A stretch of 62,977 nucleotides of DNA, the filler included, from Octopus bimaculoides (lineage: Eukaryota), in the NCBI RefSeq assembly GCF_001194135.2. It is 8 parts of 8 records of this genome, joined end to end, with 100 filler letters (N's around TTAATTAATTAA, not from the genome) between each part and the next. Parts side by side here need not be neighbours in the genome. Positions count along the whole stretch, not along the records: positions 50,679 to 52,434 come from NC_068985.1; positions 52,535 to 56,210 come from NW_026316183.1; positions 56,311 to 58,780 come from NC_068991.1; positions 58,881 to 62,977 come from NW_026422247.1; 4 more parts are not named here. The stretch is one strand, 5' to 3'. Positions 51,851-62,977 of the stretch are shown here, piece by piece. Each line of letters begins with the position of its first letter. Position 1 is the stretch's first letter. The notes under the pieces were generated by a model. That model ran no database searches. It saw only the letters and a list, made by a program, of their open reading frames with translations, and was not told the origin of the DNA. A program made the translations under genes and the position numbers.

Positions 51851-52191
51851 CAGAACTAGGGAACATGTGTACATATTCATGAAAGCAAACACTATACTCG
51901 TGCATGTAACATAATTGGCAGCAAGCAGTGCGCTCACTTGTAAGCGCACTGCTCACATTCACACACACACACGCACGCGCACGCATATACACACATATAC
52001 ACACATATACTCAGGCCTATATATATATATATATACACATATGTATGTGTGCATGTATGTGTATGAATGTAAGTATGTATGTATATATGTATGTATGCTA
52101 TATCTCTCTCTTTCTGTCTCTCTCTATATATGTATATATGTATATGTAGTATATATATATATATATATGTATATATATACGTATATGAATT

Positions 52192-52222
<31 letters not shown>

Positions 52223-52403
52223 CTGTATCTGTAAATGTTGAAACATTTATTGCAGCATAAACATGAATTTCAAATTTGCATGTACACATACACACACGCG
52301 CACGCACAGAAGCACACGCACATGCATACATTCCTGTATGCTTACATTCATATACATATATACACGCACACGTGTGTATATATAAATATTATATATATAT
52401 ATA

Positions 52404-52434
<31 letters not shown>

Positions 52435-52894
52435 NNNNNNNNNNNNNNNNNNNNNNNNNNNNNNNNNNNNNNNNNNNNTTAATTAATTAANNNNNNNNNN
52501 NNNNNNNNNNNNNNNNNNNNNNNNNNNNNNNNNNTACAGCTGAGTGAACCGGAGCAACATGAAATAAAGTGTCTTGCTCAAGAATACAACACACAGCTTG
52601 GTCTCGGAACCGAACTCACTACCTCATGATTGTGAGCCCAATGCTCTAATCACTGAGCCATGTGCATTTGTGTGTGTGTATCTGTGTTAGCCCCCACCCA
52701 CCCACAGCTTGGCAACCGGTGTTGGTTTGTTTACGTCCCCATGACTTAGCAGTTCAGCGAAAAGTAACCCATGGAATAAAGACAAGCCTTGAAAAGTAAG
52801 TAGTGGGGTCAATTCATTCAACCAAAAAATTCTTCCAGGCGGTGCCCCAGCATGGCCGCAGTCTAATGACTGAAACAAGTACAAAAAAAACAAT

Positions 52895-53221
52895 ACTTAT
52901 TTCTTTATTGCCCACAAGGGGCTAAACATAGAGGAGACAAATAAGGACAGACAAGGGGATTAAGTCGATTACATCGACCTCAGTGCGTAACTGGTACTTA
53001 TTTAGTCGACCCTGAAAGGATGAAAGGCAAAGTCGACCTTGGCGGAATTTGAACTAAGCATTTCGCCTGGCGTGCTAACGTTTCTTATTTCTTTATTGCC
53101 CACAAGGGGCTAAACATAGAGAGGACAAACAAGGACAGACAAAGGGGTTAAGTCGATTACATTGACCCCAGTGTGTAACTGGTACTTAATTTATCGACCC
53201 CGAAAGGATGAAAGGCAAAGT
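52895..53221 (-). mobile_element. Tandem SINE family A copies, tail type ii (second runs into gap)
   Basis: CTTATTTCTTTATTGCCCACAAGGGG at ~52896 and again at ~53083. Confidence 0.85.
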
Positions 53222-53866
53222 NNNNNNNNNNNNNNNNNNNNNNNNNNNNNNNNNNNNNNNNNNNNNNNNNNNNNNNNNNNNNNNNNNNNNNNNNNNNNNN
53301 NNNNNNNNNNNNNNNNNNNNNNNNNNNNNNNNNNNNNNNNNNNNNNNNNNNNNNNNNNNNNNNNNNNNNNNNNNNNNNNNNNNNNNNNNNNNNNNNNNNN
53401 NNNNNNNNNNNNNNNNNNNNNNNNNNNNNNNNNNNNNNNNNNNNNNNNNNNNNNNNNNNNNNNNNNNNNNNNNNNNNNNNNNNNNNNNNNNNNNNNNNNN
53501 NNNNNNNNNNNNNNNNNNNNNNNNNNNNNNNNNNNNNNNNNNNNNNNNNNNNNNNNNNNNNNNNNNNNNNNNNNNNNNNNNNNNNNNNNNNNNNNNNNNN
53601 NNNNNNNNNNNNNNNNNNNNNNNNNNNNNNNNNNNNNNNNNNNNNNNNNNNNNNNNNNNNNNNNNNNNNNNNNNNNNNNNNNNNNNNNNNNNNNNNNNNN
53701 NNNNNNNNNNNNNNNNNNNNNNNNNNNNNNNNNNNNNNNNNNNNNNNNNNNNNNNNNNNNNNNNNNNNNNNNNNNNNNNNNNNNNNNNNNNNNNNNNNNN
53801 NNNNNNNNNNNNNNNNNNNNNNNNNNNNNNNNNNNNNNNNNNNNNNNNNNNNNNNNNNNNNNNNNC

Positions 53867-54227
53867 GAGGGTTCCAGTTGATCCGATCAACGGAACAGGC
53901 TGCTACTCGTGAAATTAACGTGCAAGTGGCTGAGCACTCCACAGACACGTGTACCCTTAACGTAGTTCTCGGGGGGGATATTTAGCGTGACACAGAGTGT
54001 GACAAGGCTGACCCTTTGAATTACAGGCACAACAGAAACAGGAAGAAAGAGTGAGAGAAAGTTGTGGTGAAAGAGTACAGCAGGGCTCACCACCATCCCC
54101 TGCCGGAGCCTCGTGGAGCTTTAGGTGTTTTCGCTCAATAAACACTCACAACGTCCGGTCTGGGAATCGAAACCACAATCCTATGACTGCAGGTCCGCTG
54201 CCCTAACCATTGGGCCATTGTGCCTCC
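53867..54227 (-). mobile_element. SINE family B
   Basis: Colinear reverse complement of 28372-28750. Confidence 0.85.
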
Positions 54228-55350
54228 ATATTTTTGTATATTTATAGGTATTGACATTGTACTGGTCATAACTGGACAGAACTAGATATAACTGGATATA
54301 GCTTGATTATTATTCCAGACATAACTGGATAGAACAGGGCATAAACAGATTACAAGACATTGTACTGCTCCTAACTGGATATTACTTGATACACTTTGAT
54401 GCATAGTTGACAGAGTTCATGAAAACTGGAGATAATTCGTCATAACTGGATTAAACTAGACAGTGTAGTAAATATAACTGATTATAACTGGAAAGAGCAA
54501 TATAACTGGATATAACTTGGCATACATACATATATATATTATATATANNNNNNNNNNNNNNNNNNNNNNNNNNNNNNNNNNNNNNNNNNNNNNNNNNNNN
54601 NNNNNNNNNNNNNNNNNNNNNNNNNNNNNNNNNNNNNNNNNNNNNNNNNNNNNNNNNNNNNNNNNNNNNNNNNNNNNNNNNNNNNNNNNNNNNNNNNNNN
54701 NNNNNNNNNNNNNNNNNNNNNNNNNNNNNNNNNNNNNNNNNNNNNNNNNNNNNNNNNNNNNNNNNNNNNNNNNNNNNNNNNNNNNNNNNNNNNNNNNNNN
54801 NNNNNNNNNNNNNNNNNNNNNNNNNNNNNNNNNNNNNNNNNNNNNNNNNNNNNNNNNNNNNNNNNNNNNNNNNNNNNNNNNNNNNNNNNNNNNNNNNNNN
54901 NNNNNNNNNNNNNNNNNNNNNNNNNNNNNNNNNNNNNNNNNNNNNNNNNNNNNNNNNNNNNNNNNNNNNNNNNNNNNNNNNNNNNNNNNNNNNNNNNNNN
55001 NNNNNNNNNNNNNNNNNNNNNNNNNNNNNNNNNNNNNNNNNNNNNNNNNNNNNNNNNNNNNNNNNNNNNNNNNNNNNNNNNNNNNNNNNNNNNNNNNNNN
55101 NNNNNNNNNNNNNNNNNNNNNNNNNNNNNNNNNNNNNNNNNNNNNNNNNNNNNNNNNNNNNNNNNNNNNNNNNNNNNNNNNNNNNNNNNNNNNNNNNNNN
55201 NNNNNNNNNNNNNNNNNNNNNNNNNNNNNNNNNNNNNNNNNNNNNNNNNNNNNNNNNNNNNNNNNNNNNNNNNNNNNNNNNNNNNNNNNNNNNNNNNNNN
55301 NNNNNNNNNNNNNNNNNNNGTATATATATATATATGTGCATGTGTGTGTG

Positions 55351-55569
55351 TTTGTGTGTCTGTGTTTCTCCCCCCAACATCGCTTGACAACCGATGCTGG
55401 TGTGTTTACGTCCCCGTAACTTAGCGGTTCGGCTAAAGAGAGACCGATAGAATAAGTACTAGGCTTACAAAGAATTAGTCCTGGGGGTCGATTAGCTCAA
55501 CTATAAAGGCGGTGCTCCAGCATGGCCGCAGTCAAATGACTGAAAACAAGTAAAAGAGTAAAAGAGTAT
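55351..55569 (+). mobile_element. SINE module E (3' half with LINE-like tail)
   Basis: CCCAACATCGCTTGACAACCGATGCTGG..CCCGTAACTTAGCGGTTCGGC..GGCGGTGCTCCAGCATGGCCGCAGTCAAATGACTGAAA..(TAAAAGAG)n; siblings ~130-236, ~41777-41985, ~52680-52890, tail pieces ~7185-7240 and ~8946-9060 (-). Confidence 0.8.
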
Positions 55570-56171
55570 ATAAATAATATCTGATATAATCTTTTTCTTT
55601 CTTTCTCTCTCTCTCTCTCTCTCCATGCTTTGAGAAGATGCATGTGTGTATGTATGTGTACAATATATACACTCTGTCGCCTTCTTCTCTTCCATATTTC
55701 AGGAATATGCTGTTAGAACGTCCTACACAAGTCCGACACTGATGAATATTGAAAGAGCTGGCATTAGTAAGCTGACCATCATTATCGTAATTAATAATTC
55801 ATTTATGAATACAGCACATACTCGTCTTTGATTGCTTTTGTCATCATCACAATTGCCGACACCACCACCACCACCACCACCGCCACCAATGCCGTCATCG
55901 TCGCCATCATCTTCATCATTAGCATCATCATCGTCATCATCACCACCGTAATCACCACCACTACCATCATCATCATCATCATCATCGTCATCGTCATCAC
56001 CACCACCATCACAATTACCATCATCATTATCACCATCACCGTCATCATCGTCATCATCACCACCACCATCACCACCGTAATCACCACCACCACCACCGTC
56101 ATCATCATCACCACCATCATCATTGTCATCACCACCACCATCACAATTACCATCATACCATCATATATATA

Positions 56172-56207
<36 letters not shown>

Positions 56208-56327
56208 TATNNNNNNNNNNNNNNNNNNNNNNNNNNNNNNNNNNNNNNNNNNNNTTAATTAATTAANNNNNNNNNNNNNNNNNNNNNNNNNNNNNNNNNN
56301 NNNNNNNNNNATTTTTAATAGTGAGTG

Positions 56328-56447
56328 AGGGAGTAGAAGGGGGGCGAGGGAGTAGAAGGGGAGAGAGGGAGAAGAAGGGGGAGCGAGGGAGAAGAAGGGG
56401 GAGCGAGGGAGTAGAAGGGGGAGCGAGGGAGTAGAAGGGGGAGCGAG
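56328..56447. repeat. 20-bp purine-rich minisatellite, ~6 units
   Basis: Unit GAGGGAG(T/A)AGAAGGGGGAGC. Confidence 0.85.
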
Positions 56448-56749
56448 AAACAGAGGGAGGGAGGGAGAGATATAGTGAAGGTGTAATAAGGAAATGGGAG
56501 TAGGTAGAGGTTTGTAGTCGTGGGAGAGTGTAAGGGAAGTGAGAGAGAAAAGAAAAAAACAGGACAAAGAGGGGAGACTGATACACACAAAGAGGGAGAC
56601 GGAATGACTGAGTGAGTGAGTGAGTGTGTGAGTGAATGACGGTGTGTTTGCGTGTGAGAAAAAGAAAGAGTAAAAGAAAGAGAGAGAGAGTGGGGCTGAG
56701 AAAGTGATGACACAAAATGGGAGTGAAAAGGTGATGAAAAAACACCGAT

Positions 56750-56812
<63 letters not shown>

Positions 56813-58124
56813 AAGAGAAACAGACAGAGGCAGAGGAAAAGGACGGGAGATAAGACAGAAAGAAAGAAACCATGTGTAAGGAGGAGAAATAAAGACGGAT
56901 ATTTAAAAAGAGAGGTAGTGAAAACATAGGGGGTGAAAGACACAGAGAGAGAAAAAAACGGTGTGTGTGTGTGGAGGGTGCAAAGAAAGACCAGGGCGAC
57001 ACCTAGGGATACTCGGAAATGTAAACACACAGACACAGAAGCAAAAAGAAGAGAAATCATTTGCGGTGGTGGGTGGAGGTACACAGGAGACATTGAATAA
57101 CACGTACACACACACACACGTACAAATATGTGTTCGCGTGTGTGTGGTGTGTATGTATGTATGTAATATGTTATATATATGTATACATACATATATATAT
57201 ATTTATATATATATATATATATATNNNNNNNNNNNNNNNNNNNNNNNNNNNNNNNNNNNNNNNNNNNNNNNNNNNNNNNNNNNNNNNNNNNNNNNNNNNN
57301 NNNNNNNNNNNNNNNNNNNNNNNNNNNNNNNNNNNNNNNNNNNNNNNNNNNNNNNNNNNNNNNNNNNNNNNNNNNNNNNNNNNNNNNNNNNNNNNNNNNN
57401 NNNNNNNNNNNNNNNNNNNNNNNNNNNNNNNNNNNNNNNNNNNNNNNNNNNNNNNNNNNNNNNNNNNNNNNNNNNNNNNNNNNNNNNNNNNNNNNNNNNN
57501 NNNNNNNNNNNNNNNNNNNNNNNNNNNNNNNNNNNNNNNNNNNNNNNNNNNNNNNNNNNNNNNNNNNNNNNNNNNNNNNNNNNNNNNNNNNNNNNNNNNN
57601 NNNNNNNNNNNNNNNNNNNNNNNNNNNNNNNNNNNNNNNNNNNNNNNNNNNNNNNNNNNNNNNNNNNNNNNNNNNNNNNNNNNNNNNNNNNNNNNNNNNN
57701 NNNNNNNNNNNNNNNNNNNNNNNNNNNNNNNNNNNNNNNNNNNNNNNNNNNNNNNNNNNNNNNNNNNNNNNNNNNNNNNNNNNNNNNNNNNNNNNNNNNN
57801 NNNNNNNNNNNNNNNNNNNNNNNNNNNNNNNNNNNNNNNNNNNNNNNNNNNNNNNNNNNNNNNNNNNNNNNNNNNNNNNNNNNNNNNNNNNNNNNNNNNN
57901 NNNNNNNNNNNNNNNNNNNNNNNNNNNNNNNNNNNNNNNNNNNNNNNNNNNNNNNNNNNNNNNNNNNNNNNNNNNNNNNNNNNNNNNNNNNNNNNNNNNN
58001 NNNNNNNNNNNNNNNNNNNNNNNNNNNNNNNNNNNNNNNNNNNNNNNNNNNNNNNNNNNNNNNNNNNNNNNNNNNNNNNNNNNNNNNNNNNNNNNNNNNN
58101 NNNNNNNNNNNNNNNNNNNNATAT

Positions 58125-58190
<66 letters not shown>

Positions 58191-58584
58191 TTGTATATAT
58201 ATATATATATATATACACACACAGACACACACATGTGTATGTATATATATGTAAGTCTATACATACAGATTTAAGTATGTATACATATTTGTATGTATGT
58301 ATGTGTGTCCATGAACACAGACATTGTAAACAGGAGTAGGACAAAAAAACAATACAATACTCAGCACTAAATGACAGTGCTCAGTACAGGTGGCAGAGCT
58401 GCTTGTATGTGTGTGTAGTGTGTATGTGTGTGTAGTGTGTATGTGTGTGTAGTGTGTATGTGTGTGTCTATGCGTGCCTGTGTATGCCTCTGTGTGTGTA
58501 TTTATGTATATATATACATGTGTATGTGTGTGTGTGTGTGTGTATATATGTGCGTGAGTGTTTGTGTATGCATGTGTATATATG

Positions 58585-58616
<32 letters not shown>

Positions 58617-58745
58617 TGCACGCACGTATGTACGTATTGTATGTTTGCATATATGCATATATATGTGTGTGTAACTACGGGTATATTATATATATATATA
58701 TTATCCAGCTCTTTCTAGATATATGCATCTATATATAGATCTATA

Positions 58746-58780
<35 letters not shown>

Positions 58781-60338
58781 NNNNNNNNNNNNNNNNNNNN
58801 NNNNNNNNNNNNNNNNNNNNNNNNTTAATTAATTAANNNNNNNNNNNNNNNNNNNNNNNNNNNNNNNNNNNNNNNNNNNNAGGTAAGTTTCTATTTAATC
58901 TTTTATAATCTCATTTGATATAATAAATCTTACTGAATTTGTAAAATATTGTTCTAGCATATTTAATGCTATCAAGAGGGCAAAGAGACTGAACAATAAT
59001 TCACACATATTTTTCAGTTATGTTGTCCTAATTGTTTTTGTAAAACAACTAATGGGATGATGTTAAATAAAATGTTTAATTTTTAAACGTTATCTCTTAC
59101 AGAAACAATGTTGTGTGTGTCTACATAATGTAGTGTTATAGTGTTTGTTTTCATTATAAGATGTTATGTTGTGTCTCCACAGTAGATCGTATGTGAAAGA
59201 CATGTTACGATGTTTGACATAAAATGTTATGAATTTGCTACAATGTCATTAAATCTGTTAGTAATTATGAAGTAATGGTGTGTTAATGATTTTAATCTGA
59301 GTAAATGGTGAACAGACTAGGATTAACGTCTATCAAAAAATAAAGGGAAACATAAAGAAGGTGCTGAATGAAAATGCAGTTTAATGTTATTTTTCAGTTG
59401 GAAACATATATTTAAATATTTAGATTTTATTTCAGTGTTGTCCATTGTTTATGTTTATTTTCTAAGAATTCTTTTTCTTCCTTCACTCCTTAAATTTTAG
59501 AGAAGTGATATTTCATATGTCAATGATAATGGATATTCTATTGCTTTTTCTCATCCTTACATAAATGAACAAAGCACACAATCTTTAGTTAGATGATTCT
59601 GTTTGTTTAAGGTGTAGTTATTTTCTTTGAGTTTCAGATTCTTCTCTATCTTGTGGTATGTGTATACCTTGGTTGTACCTTAATAAATGTAGGGAACACA
59701 TGGGAAAGAAACTTCTGCAAGAATTAGTTGAGGTAAACAATTCGTTATTATGGTTAGAATAGTGTCTAAGAATTTAAATAGAGTGCTAATAAAAAGGGGA
59801 GATAGAGAAAGAGTAGTAGTAGCAGCAGCAGTTGCAGCAGAAGGAGCATAAGTAGATGAGTGAGGATATTATTTGATGATGGTAGTATTTGTGGTGTTCA
59901 TGAATAACGTGTGTAATTAATAGGCTTCAGTGCTTTCAGAAAAGAAAAAAAATTGCTACTTAATCCATTTAATCATTCTGTTCCCTCTGCATTATTTTTT
60001 GGACAGTTCTTGTGCATAATGGCCTTTGTGCCTTAAAAAATATTGCTACTTAATTAATTGGCAGCTTTCCTCTCAATATGATTTAGTATGTAATATGAAA
60101 AGTTGGCTTTTCAGGACCAATATATTCTCTGATTTTAAAGAATATGGTATGATTATGCCTGCATCATTATCTATGCTACGAGGGTGAGCTGAAAAGTTTA
60201 TATAATGTTTATATTATAGGACTTTTTTCTCGTGTTCCTTTCTGTTGAAGAGCATAGGCTTGAAATGTAAAAGACTTTCTCACCTTCCCGAGCGTTAAAC
60301 TAATACACCTGCCTTCGTCTTTTTTTTTTGTAAATTTC

Positions 60339-60377
<39 letters not shown>

Positions 60378-60699
60378 GTATGTATATATATAATCTTATT
60401 TTCTTTGTATAATGTGTACTACGTGAACATAAATGTCAAAACAATTCTGTTTGATTTGTGAAGAGTGTCTTCGTCATCATTTTATGTCAACTTTCCAAGC
60501 TTATATGGGTAAGACAAGTCTTCACAGTTGGGATTGGTTCCTATTCATAATTTCTACCTTTGTAGTTGAGAAAATGATGGAAAGAGAGTGATGAACATTA
60601 ATAAAAGATTGACCTGAAGTCGAGGGAGAGATGGTAAATAGTACAATAAGGTAAATGGAGAGATGCATAATCCCAATAGGCCCAATGTAAGTCCTCACT

Positions 60700-60950
60700 C
60701 CTTATGCATCATGAAGGGAGAGAAGCACTGAACCACTAGGGGCATTATATGTTTGCTGATAAGAAAGCATGGGTGTAGATGTAGGAATGGTCATCGGTAA
60801 GTTTGATGGATGGCATAATGAAAGGAATAGGAGAGGGAGGGATAGAGATGAGAGAATTCAAATGATATCAGAGGGAGGCTTAGCAGGAACAAAACAGGCA
60901 AAAGACCTAAATATATTACATATCTCAACTTCCATTGCCCCAAATCCATC
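60700..60950 (-). mobile_element. Possible decayed LINE RT core fragment
   Basis: LGLLPVLFLL and LTDD-like remnants in the order expected for GSVLSP.LF..YADD; heavily decayed. Confidence 0.3.
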
Positions 60951-61074
60951 TTAATATACATTTTGCCAAACTTGTGCAAGTGATTGGATTTTCTCCTGAA
61001 TTGCATATTGCCAGGCAACACAGTCCTTTGTCATCTCTGTGAAATGCAACATCTGTAGGCTCAGCTCACTTTGA

Positions 61075-61245
61075 GCTCTCAATACTTCCTTATACATCTG
61101 TCCTCCTCCATATTCATTGCTGGCCCATACCAGTGCAGTTGTTTCACGTGCAAATTACATCTCATTTCTCTTATACTCAGCTTTTCTCTCAGCTCGTTTG
61201 TACTTTGGTGTCCATATATATTAACATTACGTATCCAAAAGAGCG
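61075..61245 (-). mobile_element. RTE LINE C-terminal fragment
   Basis: TNELREKLSIREMRC..QLHWYGPAMNMEEDRCIRKY (cf. LREKLGIR..RLRWYGHV.RM.ED). Confidence 0.6.
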
Positions 61246-61287
61246 TGTTTGATTTATTTCTTTTCTGGTTTTTGGAAATCCTCTAGA

Positions 61288-61522
61288 TTTATGTCTTTAT
61301 TGCCCACAGGAGAGGCAAAACATAGAGGGGACAAACGAGGATAGACAAAGGGATTAAGTTGATTACATTGACCCCAGTGCATGACTGGTACATATTTAAT
61401 CAACCCCAAAAGGATGAAAGGCAAAGTCGACCTTGACAGAATTTGTACTCAGAATGTAATGGCAGACGAAATACTGCAAAGCATTTCACCTGGTGTGCTA
61501 ACGATTCTGCCAGCTCGCCACC
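61288..61522 (-). mobile_element. SINE family A, tail type ii, ~370 bp upstream of PCDH ATG
   Basis: Full-length reverse-complement copy ending GATTCTGCCAGCTCGCC. Confidence 0.85.
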
Positions 61523-61889
61523 TCTCTAGTCAAAGTCTATAGCTCACTGCGATGCAGCATTGCACTTTGCACACGAGCACCATGCAATCTGCCCATCACT
61601 CTGCAGAGAAGCTCTTTGTTGCCAGCAGAGGTAATAGCATCCTGACCATTATTTAACATGGATTCTCTAATTTCAGAGCTCCCCCACCATAGATAAGTAA
61701 GTCACCGACTTAATAGAAACTATCAACTACTTCTAGGAAAGAATTTAAGTGTGTATATTTCAATGTACCTGCCTGATAAATTATGAAAAAAATATTCATT
61801 ATTATTAAAACTTGATTATATATTTTTATTTTAGGTTCATATATAAGCATATCTGGACATCTTTTGTTGCACTGCCAATCAACAACAAC

Positions 61890-62977
61890 ATGTTCCTGTC
61901 ATTGTCTATTGTGTTATCAATGGTCCACTGTGTCCTAACCATAGACCTTACCTACCATGTGGAAGAAGAGAGAAGTCCAGGAACATATGTAGCAGACATT
62001 GCTGCTGATTCTAAACTTTTAGACAATGTTAAACCATCTGACCAACATTTGATAACATTCAGTCAATTCAAACGAAAGGTGGCACAGTTATTTAATATCA
62101 CCAAAACAGGTAAACTGTACACTGCTCAGACACTGGATGCAGAAGATCTCTGTACATTCAACAAAGAATGTTCCAGAACTATGAAAGTTGTTGTCAATAA
62201 AGGAACTAGTGTTTCAAAAATATTAAAAATCAAAATCGTAATAGAGGACATTAATGACCATGAACCTGAATTTCCAAAAAATCAAATTTCTTTGAAATTC
62301 TATGAGACAGATGGAAAAGGCACAAAACAATCACTACCAAATGCCATGGACAAAGATGTAGGATTTGAAAACTCCTTAATACAATATAAATTAAAATCAA
62401 AGAATGGAGAACCATTCTCTTTATCAGTGTCTAAAAGAGCTGATGGTATTTCTTCACTTAACATAGTTTTGAAAGAATCATTAGACAGAGAAATCAAAGA
62501 CACATATTTATTACAAGTCATAGCTAAAGATGGAGGTTCACCAGCAAAACAAGGTATTTTAAATATAAATATCTCTATAATAGATGTAAATGACAACCTA
62601 CCAGAGTTTTCTAAACCCCTCTATAATATATCCATACAAAGTACACATCACAAATCCAAACCCATCATTGTTTTATCTGTGAGTGATGCTGATGCTGGTG
62701 ANNNNNNNNNNTCACAAATCCAAACCCATCATTGTTTTATCTGTGAGTGATGCTGATGCTGGTGAAAATGGTAAAATTACTTTCCATTTCAGTCCCAAGA
62801 CATCAGATCTAGCAAAAAGCTATTTTCAGTTAAATGAAACCAGTGGAAATATTTTCTTAAGCAAATATTCAAATTTGGGAAAAAAGAAAACTTATGAATT
62901 GTTTATAGAAGCCAGAGATGGAGGCACTCCACCCTTTAGTTCCATAGCAACAGTTCTAGTGAATGTTATCAACCAAC
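61890..62977 (+). CDS. PCDH: Protocadherin, 5' part (signal peptide, EC1, EC2, EC3; continues beyond window); paralog not identifiable
   Basis: ATG 61890 (A at -3) gives hydrophobic leader MFLSLSIVLSMVHCVLT, then IDLTYHVEEE..LDAEDLCTFNKEC..DINDHEPEF (EC1 with C-x5-C), YETD..DKD..LDRE..AKDGG..DVNDNLPEF (EC2), DADAGENG..ARDGG..VNVINQ (EC3). Removing the 10-N gap plus the duplicated 54 bp (62702-62765) gives one open frame of ~341 codons with no intron in the cadherin repeats. Confidence 0.95.

Noticed and set aside
51138-52004. 288-aa poly-Asp/poly-Glu ORF (and poly-Phe/Ile, poly-Lys/Met alternatives)
   Set aside because: Open in several frames because it is a compound trinucleotide repeat; no domain or splice support.
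31349-58836. Seven identical TTAATTAATTAA palindromes
   Set aside because: Always centred in 44 N + 44 N; a six-frame-stop scaffolding linker, not biology.
60176-60200. TACGAGGG mariner-like terminus
   Set aside because: No partner TIR or transposase found.
61812-61889. N-terminal extension of the protocadherin ORF from TTG 61812
   Set aside because: Non-ATG start overlapping a likely splice acceptor; the signal peptide begins at ATG 61890.

Overview
AT-rich, microsatellite-dense eukaryotic draft-assembly sequence, most likely from an octopus or other coleoid cephalopod (inferred from the protocadherin style and repeat landscape). Many N gaps, including seven 100-bp joins holding an artificial TTAATTAATTAA linker, so the order and orientation of segments after ~31.3 kb is not guaranteed. 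The only clear host gene is a protocadherin (+, ATG 61890, runs off the window end: signal peptide plus EC1-EC3). Its apparent frameshift is a 54-bp contig-overlap artefact, and its EC3-EC4 junction appears to have lost its calcium ligands. The upstream ~60 kb is a mosaic of mobile elements: two near-full-length mariners, a Tc1-like MITE, Penelope-like remnants (one with intact reading frames, some with hammerhead-like motifs), RLE-type, CR1/L2-type and RTE LINE fragments, and several tRNA-headed SINE families. Most notable unexplained items: a 27-bp perfect hairpin leading a multi-hairpin GC-rich island (43.7 kb), a SINE tail shared with a LINE in the same window, a retroposon nest anchored on (TAA)n, and a retroposon 3' end amplified into a satellite. 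No novel multi-gene system is supported. All homology calls are by eye from remembered motifs; no searches were run.
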